Positions 58,945-64,000 of a DNA stretch of 64,000 bases are shown here, one piece after another (positions within the stretch are counted from its first letter, which is position 1; each line of letters opens with the position of its first letter). The notes under the pieces are model-generated. The model worked only from the letters and a program-made list of their open reading frames with translations, made no database searches and had not been told where the DNA came from. Origin of the DNA: an uncultured Cytophagales bacterium (lineage in GTDB: Bacteria; Bacteroidota; Bacteroidia; Cytophagales; Spirosomataceae); NCBI GenBank assembly GCA_963768025.1, contig CAVYGM010000042.1:142589-206588 (forward strand). Reading direction: 5' to 3'. Made by a program: the position numbers and the translations under genes.

Positions 58945-59736
58945 TTACAGATCATACCGGCTCACAAAGCTTTGGTCATTCCCCACTGCCGGATAGTAGT
59001 AGTAGAACACGATTAGTTTTGTTTTGGTAGGGATACTCTTACGGAACGTATTGTTGACGCGGGCATTTTTGCGTAGTTGTTCCGAGAAAAGTTGTGCAAG
59101 TTTTGGATTATCGAAGGATTGGAGTGCCGTTATTTTGTCAATGGATAAATCTTCGTTGACATCCAGTTCGTACACTGCAAATCTATTCTGATTATCAAAC
59201 CCTCTAAAAGCAGTGGTTTTATGTAGTTCGATACCAATACCAAACAGAGTCAGATTGTAGGGATTAACCCTTTCTAATTCATTATTTTTCAGATAAGAAA
59301 GCACCTCTTGTTTCAACTCTATTTTCTTTTTATAATTCGCTGCCGCCCTGGGGTACCTGGCATCTTCAAGGTCGCGGTCGATCTGTAGACTACCCGAGCA
59401 AGCTCCAAAAACAGGGACATCATTATCTCCCATAGACGCAAAGATGAGCCAGGTAGAGCCCTTTGGTACCTCAAATGCGCACGAACTATTAGATGCCATA
59501 TTCACCCTTATAGAAGGGACTGCCTTTCCCCTGTATAGCTGTATTATCTCAACTTTCAAAGAATGATAGTCGCCTTCCAGAGTACCATGTTCGCGATCCA
59601 GGGTGACCTCTGTAACTTTTACAGTAGCTATAAACGCTGAGTGCCCATAGTAGTCCATTAAGGGAACAGTCATGCATATGCAGCCAAAAGTTTGAAAGGA
59701 CAGGAGGGCGAAGAGGAAGCAAAGGACGGTTTTCAT
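58945..59736 (-). CDS. Hypothetical secreted protein
   Basis: Signal peptide MKTVLCFLFALLSFQTF. No recognised domain. Confidence 0.4.
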   Translation of the reverse strand: MKTVLCFLFALLSFQTFGCICMTVPLMDYYGHSAFIATVKVTEVTLDREHGTLEGDYHSLKVEIIQLYRGKAVPSIRVNMASNSSCAFEVPKGSTWLIFASMGDNDVPVFGACSGSLQIDRDLEDARYPRAAANYKKKIELKQEVLSYLKNNELERVNPYNLTLFGIGIELHKTTAFRGFDNQNRFAVYELDVNEDLSIDKITALQSFDNPKLAQLFSEQLRKNARVNNTFRKSIPTKTKLIVFYYYYPAVGNDQSFVSRYDL

Positions 59737-59786
59737 GGTATAGACAGGTAGGTTGTGATTACTTTCTAACTCTGAACCTCCTCAAC

Positions 59787-60095
59787 TCAAAGCGATTTGA
59801 GCTGGGGTTTGTCCTTCTTCCAGATGTCGCCGTACTTCTCTTCCTGTTTCGAAAACTGGCTCTTCACAAAGGGGCAGTAGGTGGCTACCATCAGGTGATG
59901 GGCGCGGGCGTAGTCGGCCATGGCGTCCAGGAGTTGGAGGGCTAGCCCCTGCCCCTGCTTTTGTTCCAGCACGGCGGTGTGGTACACGGCCATTTCGTCT
60001 CCTACCACACCCACGATCATTTCGGCTACCCGTTCGCCGTTTTCCTCGATCACAAAAGAGCCTTTGTCGTTGGGGATATAGTCTGCTTTAGTCAT
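59787..60095 (-). CDS. Small GNAT-like N-acetyltransferase (about 100 aa)
   Basis: …LEQKQGQGLALQLLDAMADYARAHH… acetyl-CoA-binding-like segment. Confidence 0.5.
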   Translation of the reverse strand: MTKADYIPNDKGSFVIEENGERVAEMIVGVVGDEMAVYHTAVLEQKQGQGLALQLLDAMADYARAHHLMVATYCPFVKSQFSKQEEKYGDIWKKDKPQLKSL

Positions 60096-60194
60096 GGTTG
60101 TTTCTTTAAGAAGCTATTTCACAAAAAGAACGTGCCATTTTCAAATTGGTACGAAACCATACTATCCCTACGCACGCTGGCTTCCTGGTTGTTC

Positions 60195-61067
60195 CTATCG
60201 TATAGTTTGCAGGGCGTACCGGTCCAGCAGGGTACGGTTGCGGTAGAGCGCAAATTCTTCTCTTCCCAGTTTTATCATTTTTCCCGCGCCTTTTTGATCG
60301 TAAACGAGGATTTTGTCAGTTCCTCGTTCGATGGTAAACAAAAGCTTTTTGCCAAAGAGCGCCGAACCCCACACCTGCATGGTGCGGTCGTGGTTGGTTA
60401 GTTCCACTCTGAAATGCCTGCCCAACTCAACTACCTTTTCGTTTTTTTGAAACTCCCGACTCGACAGCCACTTATCCAGCGCATAGCTCCCATCCGGCTG
60501 CTGACGGAGGATATCCCGCGCCCGGTGCTTTCCCCGGTACACCACCGAAGAGTCGCGCTGCACTATGGCGTAGTCACGGACAAATTTCCCTCCAAATGAA
60601 AGACTATCCGGCCCGCCGTCACGCACCAAAAGAGGAACAATCCGGTCTTTATGCTCGTAGCTTTTCAGCAGTGAATCCTGACGGAAGGTGTAATACTCGA
60701 TACCCCGTTTTCCCCGGGACATATCTTCTTTTTTTATTTTGAAAACCGGCTCACCCTCAACCCCCAGCAGGAAATTGACCCTGATACTCAGATTACCATT
60801 CAGATCGTAAAAAAGCCCATTGCCCAGATCAAAGCCCAACGGATGGTAGGGGACATCCTGGTAGGTAACCGTATTTTCGGATACCTGCCGGGACGTTTGC
60901 TGCCGCACCAGATCCACGCGTAGTTCCGTGGGCTCGGCCAGGGGGGCGAGTCGAAGGGCCCCAAAGGCAACGCGGTGGAGGGTCCGAATTTCGGATTTGT
61001 CGAGGGTAGCGCAGGCCTGGCACGTAATCAATACCCCCAAAGTAAGCAATCTGGAAAATGTTTTCAT
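60195..61067 (-). CDS. Hypothetical secreted or lipoprotein
   Basis: Start assigned to MKTFSRLLTLGVLITCQAC (lipobox-like). No recognised domain. Confidence 0.45.
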   Translation of the reverse strand: MKTFSRLLTLGVLITCQACATLDKSEIRTLHRVAFGALRLAPLAEPTELRVDLVRQQTSRQVSENTVTYQDVPYHPLGFDLGNGLFYDLNGNLSIRVNFLLGVEGEPVFKIKKEDMSRGKRGIEYYTFRQDSLLKSYEHKDRIVPLLVRDGGPDSLSFGGKFVRDYAIVQRDSSVVYRGKHRARDILRQQPDGSYALDKWLSSREFQKNEKVVELGRHFRVELTNHDRTMQVWGSALFGKKLLFTIERGTDKILVYDQKGAGKMIKLGREEFALYRNRTLLDRYALQTIR

Positions 61068-61089
61068 GGATCGGATTGTCAACGTAGCA

Positions 61090-62364
61090 TCACCAGGAAT
61101 AATGTAGCCCCAGCTGCGGTAGGGATATAACCGCATTTTCGGCCACCGGGTAGGTGGGGCGCAGCATGTACACCCCTACGTCGGCTTTGAGGTTGCGGGC
61201 GAGGCGGAAGCTGATGCCCGGCATGACCGCCACAAACTGCCAACCCCGGCGATAGGTTTGGCCGCTTTCCTGGCCCATCAGGTAGGAAGCTTCCACAAAG
61301 GGCGAAAAAGCAGTAGTACTGATATGATACCGCAGCATAGGGCCCACGGCCCAGCCCCGCAGCGGCGCTTCAATGGGTACAATGGTAGAATAAGCCCCAA
61401 AACCAACGGCCCCCAACAGCACGCGATCCGCTACGAAATAGCCCCCCCGCAGCGCCACATTGGCAAACGAACCGCCCGTTTGGTACGGAATACCCACGCC
61501 CGATATACCAGCCATAGCCGAGCCGCCTTTGAAATCAGGGCGATTGCTCCGTTTGTCTACTACGGGCGTGTTGTAGGGGCTCATGTAGTTGCCAGCCCGC
61601 TTCCAGCGCAGGCTTTGCTTGTAGCCAACCTGCAGGGTGAGGTAGCTCCCTTTGCTGACTACGTTGGCCTGGTATTCGATGCCGTTGAGTTCGAGTTCTT
61701 TGGTGGAGATTTGAAACAGATCGCGAAAACCTTTGTTGTACAGGAGCTGGAAGGTTAGAGCCCGGTATTGGCTGAGTTTATAGTCAATACCGGTCCGGAG
61801 CGATAGGGCCAGGCCGTTGTTGCGGGTATGGGCACTTTCGAGCTCGTAGCGGTACACATCGCCGGGCCAGTGGCCGTCTACCTTCTGATCGTCATTTTCG
61901 CGCACGTAGCCATCGAAGCGGTTGACGATGTAGCTGGCATCAAGGCCGGCAGTCAGGATCAGGCGGCGCCACAGCAGGCGTGAATTGAAAGTGAGGCCCG
62001 CGTTAAGATTGGCCGGAGAAAATTGCGTGTAGCCGTTGTTACGGCCCCAGCCGCTCACAGCACCCGTGGTGGAGTCGCGGGAAACAAAACTGGTACGGGT
62101 TCCTACTTTAAGGTTGGCGGTGCGCACCCCCATGCGAAGGGACAGGTTGGGGGTCAGGCTCCGCTCGGCCGAGAAGTCAAATGCCGCGCCCAGGCGATCC
62201 GGGGCTTCGAATTTGCCGCTGGGCAGAGGGCGGTCGGACGATAGGGTATTGTACGAAAGCGATGGCCCAAGTGAAGCGCTGAGACGCCACGGACTTTGCG
62301 CAAAGCTTTCGCCGGCTGCCAAAAGTATACACAGTACAGATATAGTTCGTAGAGTATTTTTCAT
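61090..62364 (-). CDS. Outer-membrane beta-barrel protein (hypothetical)
   Basis: Signal peptide MKNTLRTISVLCILLAAGESFAQ, alternating beta-strand pattern, and a C-terminal …LGLHYSW. Confidence 0.5.
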   Translation of the reverse strand: MKNTLRTISVLCILLAAGESFAQSPWRLSASLGPSLSYNTLSSDRPLPSGKFEAPDRLGAAFDFSAERSLTPNLSLRMGVRTANLKVGTRTSFVSRDSTTGAVSGWGRNNGYTQFSPANLNAGLTFNSRLLWRRLILTAGLDASYIVNRFDGYVRENDDQKVDGHWPGDVYRYELESAHTRNNGLALSLRTGIDYKLSQYRALTFQLLYNKGFRDLFQISTKELELNGIEYQANVVSKGSYLTLQVGYKQSLRWKRAGNYMSPYNTPVVDKRSNRPDFKGGSAMAGISGVGIPYQTGGSFANVALRGGYFVADRVLLGAVGFGAYSTIVPIEAPLRGWAVGPMLRYHISTTAFSPFVEASYLMGQESGQTYRRGWQFVAVMPGISFRLARNLKADVGVYMLRPTYPVAENAVISLPQLGLHYSW

Positions 62365-62517
62365 ACGCACAGCCGTTTCATGTCTATTTTACCTCTAAAA
62401 TACTGATTCCTACACTAAATCACTATACTATTATTTAAAAAAAGTGGTGACAACGAGAAGAGAGAAAAACGTTCTTGCACTTTACCAATTAATTTTGGCA
62501 ATCCATAAGTATCACCT

Positions 62518-62958
62518 ATGAAAAAACTTCGAAAGGCCTTTTTATCCCTTACACTCATCGGCATAGCATTTGTTGCACATGCGCAGCAAACTTTTCTTCC
62601 AACAAATCCAACCGAATGCACCCAGTCGTTCTTCACGGCTCTGACGGAGGAGAATGCCCCCTCGCTGCGGGCTCTGCTTACCATTGATTTTTCGATGGTG
62701 AGCTTTGATGGAGGTCTCATTGATGCCGCCACTCTATCCGATGCTATTGGCAGTGGCTCCATCACAATTGACCGGGGAGATGTGCAACGGATGTATAGTA
62801 GAATATACGGCGATGCGGGTGTGGTGACAGGTACCTGGGACGCCCGGGGGAAACTTCAAGGGTACGATTTCCAAAATCGCCTTAGCTTTATGGCCCTGTG
62901 CGTGCGGCAGGGAGGAAGCTGGAAAGTAGCCGGCATCCAATTTACTCCTCAACCCTGA
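62518..62958 (+). CDS. NTF2-like / SnoaL-DUF4440-type secreted protein
   Basis: Signal peptide plus a roughly 120-aa NTF2-like fold segment (…LTIDFSMVSFDGGL…GKLQGYDFQNRLSFMALCVRQGGSWKVAG…). Confidence 0.5.
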   Translation: MKKLRKAFLSLTLIGIAFVAHAQQTFLPTNPTECTQSFFTALTEENAPSLRALLTIDFSMVSFDGGLIDAATLSDAIGSGSITIDRGDVQRMYSRIYGDAGVVTGTWDARGKLQGYDFQNRLSFMALCVRQGGSWKVAGIQFTPQP

Positions 62959-63192
62959 TGCAGGGTGTCGGCCGCTTCGTATTGCAAATCCTTTGCGTAC
63001 AGGATTTTAGTTGCATACCCAATAGCCCTGTGAATCAACTTGCTGATTGAAATAGGACTTCACCCCGAACAAATTGAATATTGGATACATCCTAAAAATC
63101 AGAAGTATCTACTTTGGGTTAGGAATAGTATATTTGCCCCGAACCTGTTTGGGAGAAAGTAAGTTAGTTAGACATACCTTTTTTAAAATACC

Positions 63193-64000
63193 TTGGAAAA
63201 AGACGCTAAAATCTACATTGCCGGCCACCGGGGCATGGTGGGATCGGCCATCCTTCGCAAATTGAAAGCCGAGGGCTACACCAACTTTGTGACCCGTACT
63301 TCCACCGAACTCGATCTACGCAATCAGGTAGCTGTGCTGGATTTCTTTGAGGCCGAACGCCCCGACTATGTATTTCTGGCCGCCGCTAAGGTAGGTGGGA
63401 TCATGGCTAACAATATCTACCGGGCGGAGTTCTTGCTGGATAATCTCCAAATTCAGAACAACGTCATCGACAGCGCCCACCGCGTGGGGGTACGCAAGCT
63501 GATGTTCCTGGGTTCGTCGTGCATCTACCCCAAAATGGCCCCGCAACCCCTCCGCGAGGATTACCTCCTCACGGGGAAGCTCGAACCCACCAATGAACCG
63601 TACGCCATTGCCAAAATAGCCGGCATAAAACTTTGCGAGGCCTACCGAAGTCAGTATGGCAGCAATTTTATATCGGTGATGCCCACCAATCTGTACGGTC
63701 CCAACGACAACTACGACCTTAACAATTCCCACGTGCTGCCGGCCATGATCCGGAAATTCCACGAGGCTAAGGTGGAAGAAAAACCTTTCGTGGAGCTCTG
63801 GGGAACGGGTTCACCCCGCCGGGAATTTCTGCACGCCAACGACCTGGCCGATGCCTGTTACTTCCTGATGCAGCACTACAACGAACCCGAGCTGATCAAT
63901 ATAGGCGTAGGCGATGACGTCACCATTAAGGCCCTAGCCGAGCTCATTCAAGAAGTAGTAGGCTACGAAGGAGCTATTCACTGGAATACCGACAAGCCCG
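63193..64000 (+). CDS. fcl: GDP-L-fucose synthase (GDP-4-keto-6-deoxy-D-mannose 3,5-epimerase/4-reductase), 5' part; it continues beyond the window
   Basis: …[15 protein letters not shown]…[12 protein letters not shown]…GSSCIYPK…[13 protein letters not shown]…[11 protein letters not shown]… is near-identical in its motifs to E. coli Fcl. The frame is open from 63187, and the likely start is the TTG at 63193. The ORF is not in the supplied track because no stop falls inside the window. Confidence 0.9.
   Translation, partial: MEKDAKIYIAGHRGMVGSAILRKLKAEGYTNFVTRTSTELDLRNQVAVLDFFEAERPDYVFLAAAKVGGIMANNIYRAEFLLDNLQIQNNVIDSAHRVGVRKLMFLGSSCIYPKMAPQPLREDYLLTGKLEPTNEPYAIAKIAGIKLCEAYRSQYGSNFISVMPTNLYGPNDNYDLNNSHVLPAMIRKFHEAKVEEKPFVELWGTGSPRREFLHANDLADACYFLMQHYNEPELINIGVGDDVTIKALAELIQEVVGYEGAIHWNTDKP

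Noticed and set aside
63316-63762. 148-aa minus-strand ORF.
   Set aside because: It is antisense to the unmistakable fcl (GDP-L-fucose synthase) coding sequence on the plus strand.
1-64000. CRISPR arrays, insertion sequences, integrases and transposases.
   Set aside because: There are no regularly spaced direct repeats with unique spacers, and no ORF with DDE transposase or tyrosine/serine recombinase motifs. The repeats observed are isolated palindromes or a two-copy leader.

Overview
This window reads as 64 kb of a Bacteroidota chromosome, probably Cytophagia- or Chitinophagia-like. I base that on a gldH homologue, a long-form purF, CzcA with a fused CzcC-like domain, DUF1080, a TonB-dependent receptor with a CarboxypepD_reg-type N-terminus, and few SD-like leaders. 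Gene order, from the start: the 3' part of a CoxL/CoxM/CoxD/CoxE-type molybdo-dehydrogenase operon, with an AT-rich insert between coxD and coxE; an MDR dehydrogenase; a secreted SGNH hydrolase fused to a LamG-like domain; a CPBP protease; a TonB-dependent receptor; a BNR/sialidase-like protein; a DUF1080 protein; a signalling module (cNMP-binding histidine kinase, receiver, thioredoxin-reductase-like flavoprotein, zf-UBP); a bestrophin channel; a czcA(-czcC)/czcB metal-efflux locus with PepSY and DUF2809 neighbours; an AT-rich degraded islet; a Fic / RtcB / SPFH gene set transcribed divergently from an HTH-WYL regulator, separated by a cluster of tRNA-derived fragments; a second AT-rich degraded stretch carrying a ParD-like remnant, a small HTH protein and tRNA-Phe; then housekeeping and envelope genes (Fe-S/CCG oxidoreductase pair, GNAT, gldH, Lon-N domain protein, AI-2E transporter, OmpR-type regulator, NuoN-like subunit, TraB/GumN, purF, M61 peptidase, TreS-Mak fusion, GH28, outer-membrane beta-barrels, and fcl at the end). 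I found no CRISPR array and no integrase or transposase. There are recurrent 1-nt frameshifts at short homopolymers in otherwise intact conserved genes (TonB-dependent receptor, bestrophin, czcA at two sites, a secreted protein, and probably the receiver/thioredoxin-reductase pair). That pattern suggests indel errors in the assembly rather than biology, and every 'pseudogene' call below should be read with that caveat. The most interesting candidate is the island-like segment at 25.4-35.9 kb: Fic + RtcB + SPFH beside a BrxR/CapW-type WYL regulator, a tRNA-derived debris cluster, structured palindromes, toxin-antitoxin remnants and tRNA-Phe.
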